From Promethearchaeota archaeon Loki_b32 (lineage in GTDB: Archaea > Asgardarchaeota > Lokiarchaeia > Sigyniarchaeales > SOKP01), in NCBI GenBank assembly GCA_005223125.1, contig NJBH01000003.1:32001-96000 (forward strand): 64,000 nt of DNA, read 5' to 3'. Positions 41,269 through 51,776 of the stretch are shown one piece after another. The notes beneath the pieces were generated by a model. It searched no databases, had not been told where the DNA came from, and saw only the letters and a list, made by a program, of their open reading frames with translations. Made by a program: the position numbers and the translations under genes. How positions within the stretch are numbered: the stretch's first letter is position 1; every line of letters starts with the position of its first letter.

Positions 41269-42045
41269 ATGTCATCAAAAAGTATAGAATTTGGAGAATT
41301 TATTGAATTTTCAATAAAAAAAAAGTTTGGAATTATAAAGTTGAATCGAGTTCATAGAGGAAATGCAATTACGACTGAAATGGCAAAAAATCTTAAAAAC
41401 GCTTTAGAATTTTGTCAAAATTCAGAAAAAATTAGAGGAATAATATTAACTGGAAATGGAAAATCCTTTACTACTGGAATGGATATTGATGAAATTGATG
41501 GAAATGATCATGCTGCTGTAAAAGAATATGAAAAAACAGCCGCATCTGTCCAAGAATTGTTCTATTATGGAAAACCAGTCATCTGTGCTATTAACGGTAA
41601 AGCAATGGGTGATGGGGTTGCGTATGCACTTTGTTCTGATTATCGGATAGCCGTTAAAGATTGTTTTTTTATGATGCCCGAGATAAACCTAGGAGTTTTT
41701 CCGGGAACTGGTATTATTGTTTTAATGACCAGAGTCATTGGAATCCCTTGGACAAAAAAAATACTTATGTTTGCCGAAAGAATTAGTGCTGAAAAAGCAT
41801 TGGAAATCGGCTTAATAGACCAAATAGTAGAAAATCAGGAAGATTTAATGAAATTGGCTTTGGATAAAGCAAAATTTCTGTTTACTAAAAATCAAACAGT
41901 TTTAAATGCGATTAAACTATGTAGCAATCATTTATCTGATAAATCTTATAATGAAGCTTATGAATTAGAGAAAATTGGCTCTGCGTGGTATGAATATGAA
42001 GATAAAGACGAATATATCAAGAAGTATAGAAAAAAATTCTATTAA
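41269..42045 (+). CDS. Enoyl-CoA hydratase/isomerase family protein (tandem paralog)
   Basis: FTTGMDI, KPVICAINGKAMGDG, MPEINLG. Confidence 0.85.
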   Translation: MSSKSIEFGEFIEFSIKKKFGIIKLNRVHRGNAITTEMAKNLKNALEFCQNSEKIRGIILTGNGKSFTTGMDIDEIDGNDHAAVKEYEKTAASVQELFYYGKPVICAINGKAMGDGVAYALCSDYRIAVKDCFFMMPEINLGVFPGTGIIVLMTRVIGIPWTKKILMFAERISAEKALEIGLIDQIVENQEDLMKLALDKAKFLFTKNQTVLNAIKLCSNHLSDKSYNEAYELEKIGSAWYEYEDKDEYIKKYRKKFY

Positions 42046-42111
42046 AATAACATTTTTTTATTCATCCATATTAATTTTATATACTCAATAATAATTTAAG
42101 TGAAATGAAAA

Positions 42112-43797
42112 ATGTCTTGGGAAGAATTTAATCAACATCCGCATACTATTTGTGGTGTAATCGAAAAATGGGCTAAAGAAAGACCAGATAAAACTGCTTT
42201 TATAATATACGACACAGAAAAAGAAGTTACTTATAAGGAATTCAAAGAAGCAATTACAGCAATGGCATTCAAACTTTATAACATGGGATTTAGAAAAGGA
42301 GATATAATAGCAACTTCTTTACCTTTCCTATATGAACATATTATATTAGGCTATGCTTGTGCTAAGTTAGGTATAATGTGGACTCCAATGGATTTAAGAT
42401 TAAAACCACCAGAAATTATGAAGAACTTAGATTTATTAAAAGCGAAGTGTAAGATGTATTGCCACCTTGGAAAAACTTCAGTTGCAAATTTTGGGATGAT
42501 TGGAGCAGCAGTAAAAAAGAATACTCCCTGGTTAGAATATGTTGTCCAATTTAGTACTCCAGATGATAAGTATAGAAGCGGAATACTTCCAGCATATCAA
42601 ATTGCTGAAGAGGCGAAAAATGAGATAATTGACGCTATGAAAAACCCTGAATCTATGAAAGGATTTATGGAAGAATGTGCCAAAGTAGGAGAAGATGATC
42701 CTATTATTATTATTTTAACAACAGGCTCTACAGGTTGGCCAAAGCCAGCTATGTTGACTAATAAAAGTATAACTTGTCAAAATTTGTGTTTAGCAAAAGG
42801 TTTCAATATAGAAGATGATGATAAAATGCTTGTAAACCTCCCTCCATCACATGTGGGTGGAACTACTGAGCAATTTATGACTCCTATATTTGGTGGTGCA
42901 ACTTGCGTAGTTTTACACGTTTTTGATCCCGTAAAAACATTAGATGCTATTCAAAAATATAAAGTAACCACATTTGGTCAAATTCCTGCTTTATTTGTAA
43001 TGGAATGGCGATTACCGAATTATAATGATTATGATCTAAGTTCATTAAAGTTTGCTCTATACGGAGGTCAAGCAGTAGACAGACCTTTCCTTGAAAAACT
43101 ATCATCTATGGCTCCGAAATTTGGTAGTGGTCTCGGATTAACTGAGTCCTCAGGATTTTGTACATACACACCATTAGATGGCACTGTTGATGATATTCTT
43201 GCGGGTCTTGGAACAGATTATCCGATCTATCCTATGAGTGTTAGGAAACAAATGAAAGAAGATGGATCTGCTGGCGATGAATTACCAGATGGAGAGATTG
43301 GTGAGATTTGCTTTCAAGGGCCACAAAATTTTCTAGGGTATTTCGGGAACGAAGAAGCTACACGAGCAACGTTATCTACCGATGGGGTTCTTTATACCGG
43401 TGATATGGGTTATAAAGATGAAAGTGGACTTCACCTTTCAGGTCGTAGAAAATACCTTATTAAACCTAAAGGATATCAAGTCTTTCCCCCTGAAGTAGAA
43501 GGTTTTATTGCTGATATACCACAAGTTGAGTTTGTTGGTGTAGTTGGTGCAAAACATGAAGTATTTACTGATGGTATTGTAGCATATATTAAAGTAAGAG
43601 AGGGTGAAAACTTAATAGAAGAAGAAGTATACGAACATTGCAAAAGTATGGCTGCTTATAAGAGACCATCTTTAGTTGTATTTTTAGATGAATTTCCATT
43701 AAATAGAGTTGCTAAGACAGATTATGTAGTTTTGAAGGAACGTGTAGATAATGATATCGAAGAAGCTCGAGTAAAAGGTGGATGGGATGCCAAATGA
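42112..43797 (+). CDS. Acyl-CoA synthetase (AMP-forming)
   Basis: TTGSTGWPK, GLTE, YTGDMG, GRRKYLI. Confidence 0.88.
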   Translation: MSWEEFNQHPHTICGVIEKWAKERPDKTAFIIYDTEKEVTYKEFKEAITAMAFKLYNMGFRKGDIIATSLPFLYEHIILGYACAKLGIMWTPMDLRLKPPEIMKNLDLLKAKCKMYCHLGKTSVANFGMIGAAVKKNTPWLEYVVQFSTPDDKYRSGILPAYQIAEEAKNEIIDAMKNPESMKGFMEECAKVGEDDPIIIILTTGSTGWPKPAMLTNKSITCQNLCLAKGFNIEDDDKMLVNLPPSHVGGTTEQFMTPIFGGATCVVLHVFDPVKTLDAIQKYKVTTFGQIPALFVMEWRLPNYNDYDLSSLKFALYGGQAVDRPFLEKLSSMAPKFGSGLGLTESSGFCTYTPLDGTVDDILAGLGTDYPIYPMSVRKQMKEDGSAGDELPDGEIGEICFQGPQNFLGYFGNEEATRATLSTDGVLYTGDMGYKDESGLHLSGRRKYLIKPKGYQVFPPEVEGFIADIPQVEFVGVVGAKHEVFTDGIVAYIKVREGENLIEEEVYEHCKSMAAYKRPSLVVFLDEFPLNRVAKTDYVVLKERVDNDIEEARVKGGWDAK

Positions 43798-43975
43798 ATA
43801 ATTTTTTTTTAATCTAATTATATTTACAATGGTAATTTGAAATTGCACAACATTAAAATCTAAACTTAGTTTATAAAACTTAGATTATCTATAGATGACT
43901 TACCATAGATAAACTACAATTAAGGAAAACAAAAGAATCTAACAATTAAATAGGAAAAATTAAAGGTGATAGGTT

Positions 43976-44257
43976 TTGCCTATAGGAGATGACTCGAAGG
44001 TTTATATCGGCAGAAAGAAAACAATGAATTATGTAATGGCTGCTATAGTTGTACTAAATGAAGAACCAGTTACTTTATTAGCTCGAGGCCGTTCCATTTC
44101 TCGAGCTGTAGATGTAGCAGAAATTCTAATGCACACATTCATCAAGGGTAGTAGCTACGGGGCTATAAATATAAGTACTGAGACCCTTACTAATACAGAT
44201 GGCACTAGTAGTAATGTCTCAGCTATTGAAATTGAAATCATTCCGCCAAAAAAGTAA
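43976..44257 (+). CDS. albA: DNA/RNA-binding protein Alba
   Basis: VYIGRKKTMNYV...LARGRSISRAVDVAE...VSAIEI. Confidence 0.9.
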   Translation: MPIGDDSKVYIGRKKTMNYVMAAIVVLNEEPVTLLARGRSISRAVDVAEILMHTFIKGSSYGAINISTETLTNTDGTSSNVSAIEIEIIPPKK

Positions 44258-44371
44258 TTAAGAAAATCTAAAATTCAGGAGAAAATCAGGAGACTTTCTC
44301 GTAACTTTTTTTTTATTTTATTTTTTAAACTATTTTAAAAAATCCTTGGTTTAAGAGAAAGCGTAAAATTG

Positions 44372-44671
44372 TTAAAGTGTACTTTTTAATAATTCTAATT
44401 TATTTTGGAAATTCTCAATTTCCGACTTTTTAAGATTATTTGTATTGATATTTCGAATAATACTTATGAAATTTTTAATTATAGGATGTTGGAGTACCAC
44501 ACACTTCTGATTCAAGGTATTTACATCTAAAATTAACGCGGAATCTAATTGCGCTCCCATTCCTAATACATCTTTAAAAATCAATTCATTATCGTCTGTA
44601 TATGATAAGATTAAAATATCTTCTGCTATCTGAGAACCATCGCTTTCATTTATTATTTTAAATTCACACAT
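44372..44671 (-). CDS. cooT: CooT-family nickel-binding protein
   Basis: MCEFK N-terminus (Cys2), EDI...KDVLG; divergent from cdhB/cdhC. Confidence 0.7.
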   Translation of the reverse strand: MCEFKIINESDGSQIAEDILILSYTDDNELIFKDVLGMGAQLDSALILDVNTLNQKCVVLQHPIIKNFISIIRNINTNNLKKSEIENFQNKLELLKSTL

Positions 44672-44835
44672 GATTACTTTTTCACTTCTGAAAAATTCAT
44701 AAATCAACCTATTTTAAGTTAAACTTAATCAAACTTTTACGTGAATTAAGTAACTTTTATTTTTAATTTCAGATTTTACTATATAAAATAATTAATTATT
44801 TTAAAAGTTCTAGTTAAAAATAAAAACAGAGGAAG

Positions 44836-45375
44836 TTGAGTGAAATGGCACGTCCATATCAAAAAGCTAATATCCCCGGCCCTGAAATGGGCACTTCTGT
44901 CTCAGATCCGATGGTGATGGCAAATTTACTTAAAACTCCTAAGAAGTGTGTTTTCGTTATTGGTGCTGAATCTTTAAATTGGGAGCTTGGTGGTAAAAAA
45001 GTTGCGGATTACTTCATAGAAATTACAAATAAAATTGATTGTCATGTAGTTTCTACAGGACATGCATACAGTTATTTGAAAGATAAGATAGCAGATCATA
45101 AATTATATGATATGTCTTTGATAAATATTACAAACCGTTTATCTGATAAAGATTGGGCAGGTTTAGATGGAGAAGGACAATATTCAATGGCAATATTTGG
45201 TGGACACATAGTTTTCTACGTTTCTCAAACATTATCACGGCTTAAAAACTTTACAAACTGGTTAAGAACAATTGATCTAGATAAATATGCTCATCCAAAC
45301 GCTAGATTTAGTTTACCAAATCTAAACGAGGAAGAATGGAAAACGTTTTTAGAAAATTTGATTGAAAAATTATAA
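44836..45375 (+). CDS. cdhB: CO dehydrogenase/acetyl-CoA synthase epsilon subunit
   Basis: PYQKANIPGP, DKDWAGLDGEGQY, YVSQTLSRLKNF, HPNARFSLPN. Confidence 0.88.
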   Translation: MSEMARPYQKANIPGPEMGTSVSDPMVMANLLKTPKKCVFVIGAESLNWELGGKKVADYFIEITNKIDCHVVSTGHAYSYLKDKIADHKLYDMSLINITNRLSDKDWAGLDGEGQYSMAIFGGHIVFYVSQTLSRLKNFTNWLRTIDLDKYAHPNARFSLPNLNEEEWKTFLENLIEKL

Positions 45376-45410
45376 AAATAAAGATTAAAAAATATGAGGA
45401 GATTTAATAT

Positions 45411-46844
45411 ATGAGTTTTTCTGACTTACCTTTTGAAGTGGGACCGGTTTACGAAGGCGAGCGAATACGTGGCAATCAAATGTATGTAGAGCTTGGCGGT
45501 CCAAAAATTGAAAAGCATTTTGAACTTACTAGGGTAAAAAAAGATAAAGAAATTGAGGATGGAAAGGTTACAATTATTGGACCTAATATAAAAGACATGG
45601 AAGAAGGAGGGCGCTATCCAATAGGAATCTTAGTGGAAGTCGCCGGACCTGAGCTGGAGGAGGACCTCGAGGCCGTGTTTGAGCGCAGAATTCATGAATT
45701 CTGTAACTTTGTAAATGGAATAATGCACTTGAACCAGAGGTATACGAACTGGATGAGGCTCTCGAAGAGTTTAATAGAGAAGGGCTTTAACGATCTTACT
45801 ATGCTTGGAACTGTTTTAATACGATTATATAAAGCGGAATTACCAATCATAAAAAAGGCACAAGTTACTTTAATAACTGACCCTGAAAAAATTGGAGAAA
45901 CTTATGATTTTGCTTTAGAAATATACAACAAGAGAGATGAAAGAGCCCGTAGTATCAACGATGAGGATGTAGACATGTTTTATGGCTGTGTCCTCTGCCA
46001 ATCATTTGCACCAACTCATGCCTGTTGTATTACACCAAATCGTATGAGTTTATGTGGATCGATCTCATGGTTTGATGCCAGAGCCGCTGCGCGTGTGGAC
46101 CCAAAGGGGCCACTGTTCGAAGTACCTATGGGCAAGTGTTTAAATGAATTAGCAGGTGAGTTTGAAGGAGTCAACGAAATGATAAAAAAGCGTTCACTTG
46201 GAGATATCGAAAGAATTTATCTCTACAGTGGAATGGAGTACCCTCACACTAGCTGTGGCTGCTTTGAAGCAATTGATTTCTTTATTCCCGAGACAGGTGC
46301 AGGTCATGGAATCATCGATCGAAACCACGATGGAGTTGCGATTAATGGTCTACCTTTTAGTGCAATGGCCAATCAGACGGGCGGAGGAAAACAAATGCCC
46401 GGTTTTAATGGTATAAGCATGCAATACATTATATCACCTAAATATCAAAAATATGATGGAATAAAATCAGGATTGGATTCTGGAATTCACACAATCGTAT
46501 GGATGGGTAAAACCGTTAAAGATCGAGTTTATGAATTTCTTCCAGAAGATCTAAGAGATAAAATTGCAACTGAAGAGGAAGTTGCAGATTTAAGTGATTT
46601 ACCAGCATGGTTAGAAAAAGTTGGTCATCCAATTATAGAAACTGAAGAATACAAGGCTGCGGTGAGTGGTGTTGAGGAAGAAGAATGGGAAGAAGAAGGA
46701 GCCATGGTTCCAATGGGAACTATTGGAATGACTATCCCGGGTGTCGGTGGAGCGGGTGGATTTAAAGTGATACTAAAGAATTGCAAGATCCACGCAGAGT
46801 CAATTATAATCAAAAAGATTGAGCCTAAACGGAAGAAGAAATAA
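45411..46844 (+). CDS. cdhC: Acetyl-CoA synthase beta subunit (A-cluster)
   Basis: YEGERIR, FYGCVLCQSFAPTH, LCG, HTSCGCFE; acidic C-terminal linker. Confidence 0.93.
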   Translation: MSFSDLPFEVGPVYEGERIRGNQMYVELGGPKIEKHFELTRVKKDKEIEDGKVTIIGPNIKDMEEGGRYPIGILVEVAGPELEEDLEAVFERRIHEFCNFVNGIMHLNQRYTNWMRLSKSLIEKGFNDLTMLGTVLIRLYKAELPIIKKAQVTLITDPEKIGETYDFALEIYNKRDERARSINDEDVDMFYGCVLCQSFAPTHACCITPNRMSLCGSISWFDARAAARVDPKGPLFEVPMGKCLNELAGEFEGVNEMIKKRSLGDIERIYLYSGMEYPHTSCGCFEAIDFFIPETGAGHGIIDRNHDGVAINGLPFSAMANQTGGGKQMPGFNGISMQYIISPKYQKYDGIKSGLDSGIHTIVWMGKTVKDRVYEFLPEDLRDKIATEEEVADLSDLPAWLEKVGHPIIETEEYKAAVSGVEEEEWEEEGAMVPMGTIGMTIPGVGGAGGFKVILKNCKIHAESIIIKKIEPKRKKK

Positions 46845-46956
46845 ACCTAATTATTTTTATTATTTTATTTTTATTATCTACAATTGCTTAATGACTTCTT
46901 TAATTGGTATTATCATAAGTATTTTTTTTAATTCTATTTTTTTTTTTATCCTGTAA

Positions 46957-47631
46957 TCATTTTCTTTTAATTTCATAAAAAATACTTGAATTATCAATTT
47001 CTACTATTGTTGTATCAATATGAAAATTAGAGGTTAGTGGTAAAAATTCTTCTGGTGTAATTGTTGTTGCTGTGAAACCATCTTTACATATGATGGTTCC
47101 ATTATAAGTTCTGTTATAATCAATTTCTCCAATTAAACCATATTTAGATTGTAATTGAAACCACTTTAGACGGTCATCCCAAAATTTTTCGGAATAACTT
47201 GAAAAAATAACGTATCCATCCTCTTTAGTGACCCTAATACTTTCTGATAATAACTTTAATTTGTCAACTTGAAAAGCAGATATTCCATTTTGAATACAGA
47301 TAACTAAATCAAACATACAGCTACGAAATACTAAATTTATTGCATCCATTGTTAACAATAAGCAATTTGGGCTGTGTTTAAGTATTTTCTTTGCTAAAAT
47401 CAAATTAGAATATACATTGTCGATTCCTATTACAATGGTAGCCTTAGTGGCGATTTGAGAGAGAAGACGTCCATATCCACATCCTAATTCTAAAACAACA
47501 TCTTTTGAGGTGATTTTTTGTAAGACATGATCTATTTCTGCTTTTAAATATTTTTGAATTCTCGGCGGAGCAATATCATAACATTTCTTCAATCTTAATG
47601 CAGATAATTTATCTTTGTAGTAATTTGTCAT
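46957..47631 (-). CDS. Class I SAM-dependent methyltransferase
   Basis: VLELGCGYGR, IGID, FDLVIC. Confidence 0.85.
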   Translation of the reverse strand: MTNYYKDKLSALRLKKCYDIAPPRIQKYLKAEIDHVLQKITSKDVVLELGCGYGRLLSQIATKATIVIGIDNVYSNLILAKKILKHSPNCLLLTMDAINLVFRSCMFDLVICIQNGISAFQVDKLKLLSESIRVTKEDGYVIFSSYSEKFWDDRLKWFQLQSKYGLIGEIDYNRTYNGTIICKDGFTATTITPEEFLPLTSNFHIDTTIVEIDNSSIFYEIKRK

Positions 47632-47933
47632 TCTTAGTCTAATTATGATTATTTGTCATATTAGATTTTACCATAAAAATTATTTCAACTTATAATCCTC
47701 AGTTGAATGAATATTATCTATTCTAATTATTTATTGGATTTTATCATCACCTTTGCATTTAATTTTAAAATAATGTAAACTGTCAGAATAGCGATCCTAG
47801 ATATTGGAAGGATAGAGTGATTTTTTTATTATTTTTTGATAAAAATGTAAAACTTTTTATTTCAAGAAATTAATTTACTTTTTGCCTTAGAATTCAATGT
47901 TATAAAATAAAATAATAATAGAGGTGGATTAAA

Positions 47934-48254
47934 TTGGTATATATCGTTACAAATAGTATCTTTCCGAGCCATAGAGCCCCAGAGGCTGGAAAAAAGTTCC
48001 TTGAACAGTTAAAAAAATATGCTGAAGATGAATCACTCGGAGAAACTCTTGTAAATGCAGCTGTAAAGACAACAACATGTGGAATAAGAGTTTTAAATGT
48101 AACAACAGTGAAAAAAGGGAAACTCGAAGAATCTCTAACTCGTGGTAATAAGATTTTAGCGATGTACAATGAAATTGAGGGATTTGAGTATACAATGGAG
48201 GTTTGGCAAGAACCAGCAGAAGCCTTAGCAACATTAGGATTGAAAATGCCTTAA
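47934..48254 (+). CDS. Hypothetical protein
   Basis: gaggtgg RBS before TTG; natural amino-acid composition. Confidence 0.65.
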   Translation: MVYIVTNSIFPSHRAPEAGKKFLEQLKKYAEDESLGETLVNAAVKTTTCGIRVLNVTTVKKGKLEESLTRGNKILAMYNEIEGFEYTMEVWQEPAEALATLGLKMP

Positions 48255-48439
48255 TAATTATACTCTTTTGTGTAAAAATTACGAATTTTTAAATTCATTT
48301 TTTTTCTTATTAAGGGCTAAAAATAAATCTTAAAAGAGATTCTTTAGGTTTTTTTTAGACAATAATTGTTTTAATTTTTTTGTTGTTTCAACTAAGCCTT
48401 TGAAAAAAAAGAAAGTGATATAAAGTCTTAAGAAATCTG

Positions 48440-48847
48440 TTATTCTTCCAATATTTCCTTTTTTCGCAGATATTCTTCTTCAGTGATTTCTCCTTTAGCA
48501 AATTGAATTTTTAAAATTTTCAATGGATCTTGATGGGCATCAGCAGTAGTTTCTTTCAAATCTTTATCCCCCTCAATAAGTCTAACCGATTCTTGTATAG
48601 TATTTTTAATTAAAGGTATCATTTGAAGATCCATTAATTTTTCAATGTAATCTCTCTGTTTTTCAACCAATTTACGCAACAGCTTCCCTGCGAATCCTTT
48701 GGGTGTAATGATTTCAAGACTTTTATCATAAGTTATATCAACACTAGAAGGATTTTCTATGAAACTTATATTCATTTGAATTTGACCGCCTTCTGAGGGA
48801 AAAAGTTGGAAGGTTGTTGAGAATTGTTCCCTAGGACCAACATCCAT
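48440..48847 (-). CDS. SHOCT domain protein (frame open upstream to about 48990)
   Basis: C-terminal LKIQFAKGEITEEEYLRKKEIL. Confidence 0.75.
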   Translation of the reverse strand: MDVGPREQFSTTFQLFPSEGGQIQMNISFIENPSSVDITYDKSLEIITPKGFAGKLLRKLVEKQRDYIEKLMDLQMIPLIKNTIQESVRLIEGDKDLKETTADAHQDPLKILKIQFAKGEITEEEYLRKKEILEE

Positions 48848-49228
48848 TATTTGATATTTGGTTCCTTTTATCCAGAAGTCTTTTTTTGTAAATGTATCTA
48901 CAAATTTATTAAAAAGTGCTTTTAGATTATGAGGTATTCCCTCAATTGTATAAATTATTTGAGCTACTTGATTAATATTATACTCCTCTTATAAAATTGT
49001 TAATATTATTGTAGTTTTTCTATTATTAAAATTTTTTCTGTAAATATATTTGTTAAAATATCTTGTTTCTTCGACGTAATTTTTTTTAACATTTGTGTTG
49101 TGCTATCGCGACGGAATAATTCAAGAAACATTAACATTTAAATATCAAAATTTTGTCGATTATTAGGAGTAATACTATAAAGAATATATTCTTTAATCGA
49201 TTTAGGATAAACAGTATCGTATATTAAA

Positions 49229-49693
49229 ATGCTGATTCGTGAAGCTGGTATATTATTTCAAGGTCTTCCCATAATTTTCAAAAGTTATCATAGAGCTAGT
49301 AAGGAAAAAATCAATCTAATTTGTACAAGTGGACTAATGAGTGGACTGCTAACCTTTGCCGAATGCTTAATGGAGCCAGTTGAATATTTTGAAAGCAGCA
49401 AATATACGATTATTTTTAAGAAAAGAAAGATAATAGATTACTTTTCAATTGAGCAAGAAGTTGTTGCTTTTCTTGTGATAGATAAAGACGAAAGACTTGA
49501 GAAGTATTTACATAAGACTGTTTTTCCATTATTAGAAAAACTTTTAAAGAAATTTACTTCTCAATTTAAGGGTTGTAATTTCACGAAAGCAAAACAATTT
49601 GAGAAATTTAAAAGGACACTTAATATATTATTTGGAACAGGTACATTAACCTTCGAAGAAAAGGTTGCTTCAATATTATTATCTCCAAAATAA
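49229..49693 (+). CDS. Hypothetical protein, possible longin-like fold
   Basis: beta-beta-alpha 'GLMSGLLTFA'-beta-beta-beta-alpha pattern. Confidence 0.5.
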   Translation: MLIREAGILFQGLPIIFKSYHRASKEKINLICTSGLMSGLLTFAECLMEPVEYFESSKYTIIFKKRKIIDYFSIEQEVVAFLVIDKDERLEKYLHKTVFPLLEKLLKKFTSQFKGCNFTKAKQFEKFKRTLNILFGTGTLTFEEKVASILLSPK

Positions 49694-50074
49694 TTCGGAG
49701 TAAAATCCTAGACATTAAAAAGTTTTTAAATCCAAACCAATCCGTAAATCTTCGATTTATTATTATTTGTATCAAAGTTCTTCTTATGGCTTTAGGATTT
49801 TTAAAAATATCAGTTAAAACATGAAGATTTTTATTATAATTAAACCAAAAAAAATAAAGATCACTCCACTATAAAAATAGTAAAAGTTGATTAAACCGAT
49901 ATCTAAATCTTTATTTTATTTTAATTGTATTTTTGATAATAAAACGTTTGACCTTTTTTGACATAATTATAAAATGAATTAAATACATTAATATCAAACC
50001 AAGAAAAGAAATTTCATTTTGAGGGGATTATAATAGAAAAATTTGATACAAATAACACTAAAAACTTTATTGAA

Positions 50075-50827
50075 TTGGAATCTAAAAGTTTAGAAAAATT
50101 ATTAAAAAATAATAATATTAATATAAGATTGAAGAAAAAACTGTCGAAAAAGCTGAAACATGTGTTAGTGATTGCTGATGGAATGAGAAGATATGCTTAT
50201 AAAAATAAAATCAATTTTGGTGAATCCTATTATTTAGCAACTAGAAAGATTGTTGAAATAAGTTTTTGGTTGCTAAAAAAATACGATATTGAGGAATTAA
50301 CGATATATGCATTAGCTTATAACAACACTTTGTACCGTAACTCATCAGAATTGAAACCGTTAAATCAAATTATTGATACAGCGGTTCAAGTTTGGATAAA
50401 CACTAAAGCTTTCATAGATTTGGTACAAATAAAATATTATGGTTTTATTAACGTTATGCCAAATTCAGTAAAGAACAATATTAGACTTCTTGAAAATTTA
50501 ACAAAAAATAATATAAAAAAATTAAATATATTATGGAATTATTCTGGACAACGAGAAATATTAAAAGCAATAAAAACTTTGAAATCTACCAAGATGGATT
50601 TGAATACATTAACACCTGAATCTTTTATGAATTTTTTAATGCTTAAATCATCTATAGATTTTATAATTAGAACTGGTGGTGATTTAAGAATCTCGGACGC
50701 TCCTCTATATCAAACTAGTTATGCTGAATTTTATTCGATTAAGAAATTATTCCCAGAAACAACTGAAAGGGAGATTATTAAAGCTCTTCAAGATTTTAAT
50801 TTACGAGAAAGGAGGTTTAGCCATTGA
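50075..50827 (+). CDS. Divergent cis-prenyltransferase (UppS-family) protein
   Basis: HVLVIADGMRRYA, NYSGQREI, DFIIRTGGDLRISD, YAEFY, RERRF. Confidence 0.8.
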   Translation: MESKSLEKLLKNNNINIRLKKKLSKKLKHVLVIADGMRRYAYKNKINFGESYYLATRKIVEISFWLLKKYDIEELTIYALAYNNTLYRNSSELKPLNQIIDTAVQVWINTKAFIDLVQIKYYGFINVMPNSVKNNIRLLENLTKNNIKKLNILWNYSGQREILKAIKTLKSTKMDLNTLTPESFMNFLMLKSSIDFIIRTGGDLRISDAPLYQTSYAEFYSIKKLFPETTEREIIKALQDFNLRERRFSH

Positions 50828-51456
50828 ATGTTGATACAATAAAAAAATTAGTATTAAAGAGGATTAGTGGAATTAGCTTCGCTGCTGATCACGACTTCAC
50901 CCATGCAGTGAGAGTAGTGAATTACGCGTTATTCATAGCAGATAAACTAAATGCTGATAAGGAAATTGTCACTACTGCAGGATATTTGCATGATATAGGA
51001 CGAATAGAGGATAAAGGTGAAGAGAAACATTCATTAAATAGTGTGGAACTTGCAACAGCCATTCTAAAAGATCTAAATTTAAATTCTCTTAAAGCTCAAG
51101 CGATTCTTGAAGTAATTAAAGTTCATTCCATTGAAGAAATAGGTAAATTAGAGCGTTTTTCAAAAGAAGCTTTGTGTATTTTTATTGCAGACAAAGTTGA
51201 TGGGCTCGGAGCAATTGGGATTTCTCGAATATTTTTAGAGGCTGGTAGAAAAGGAAGGGATATTAACAAGACTATTGAATATGTACATGAAAAATATTTC
51301 TCTAAAGAAGAGAAAATAATGAAAATTGCTAAGAGACTTAAATTAACTGAAGATCTAGTAGGACAAAAAATACTAGATCGGTTAAAATTTTCGAAAAAAT
51401 TTTTCAATCACTTAATTGAAGAATTAGAATTTTTTAATAAAACATTACATAATTAG
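50824..51456 (+). CDS. HD-domain phosphohydrolase
   Basis: HDFTHAVRV, LHDIGR, KHS, VHS, ADKVDGLGAIGISR; 4-bp overlap with the upstream gene. Confidence 0.88.
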   Translation: MNVDTIKKLVLKRISGISFAADHDFTHAVRVVNYALFIADKLNADKEIVTTAGYLHDIGRIEDKGEEKHSLNSVELATAILKDLNLNSLKAQAILEVIKVHSIEEIGKLERFSKEALCIFIADKVDGLGAIGISRIFLEAGRKGRDINKTIEYVHEKYFSKEEKIMKIAKRLKLTEDLVGQKILDRLKFSKKFFNHLIEELEFFNKTLHN

Positions 51457-51776
51457 AATATATTAAAAAGCAAAACTACCATTTCTCATAAGAAAATTAC
51501 AGATTCTTTCGAAATATATTCGCGGTAGAATCTTATTAATTAAAATTTAACGGATACTCATATCATATCAGCGTTTTCAAGATTGAGTATTCTTGAAAAA
51601 TAAACTTTACGAGTGAATCGGTATTAACTTGTGGGAACAGTTCTGATTAAAATTACTTTAAACCTTTATAGTCAAGATAATTAAATTTTTAAAAGTATTA
51701 GAAAAGATTATTTCTTTATCAGCTTACAATCTATTCCTATTTAAATTAAATAAAAAAAGAGAAGAATCTAAGAGTT

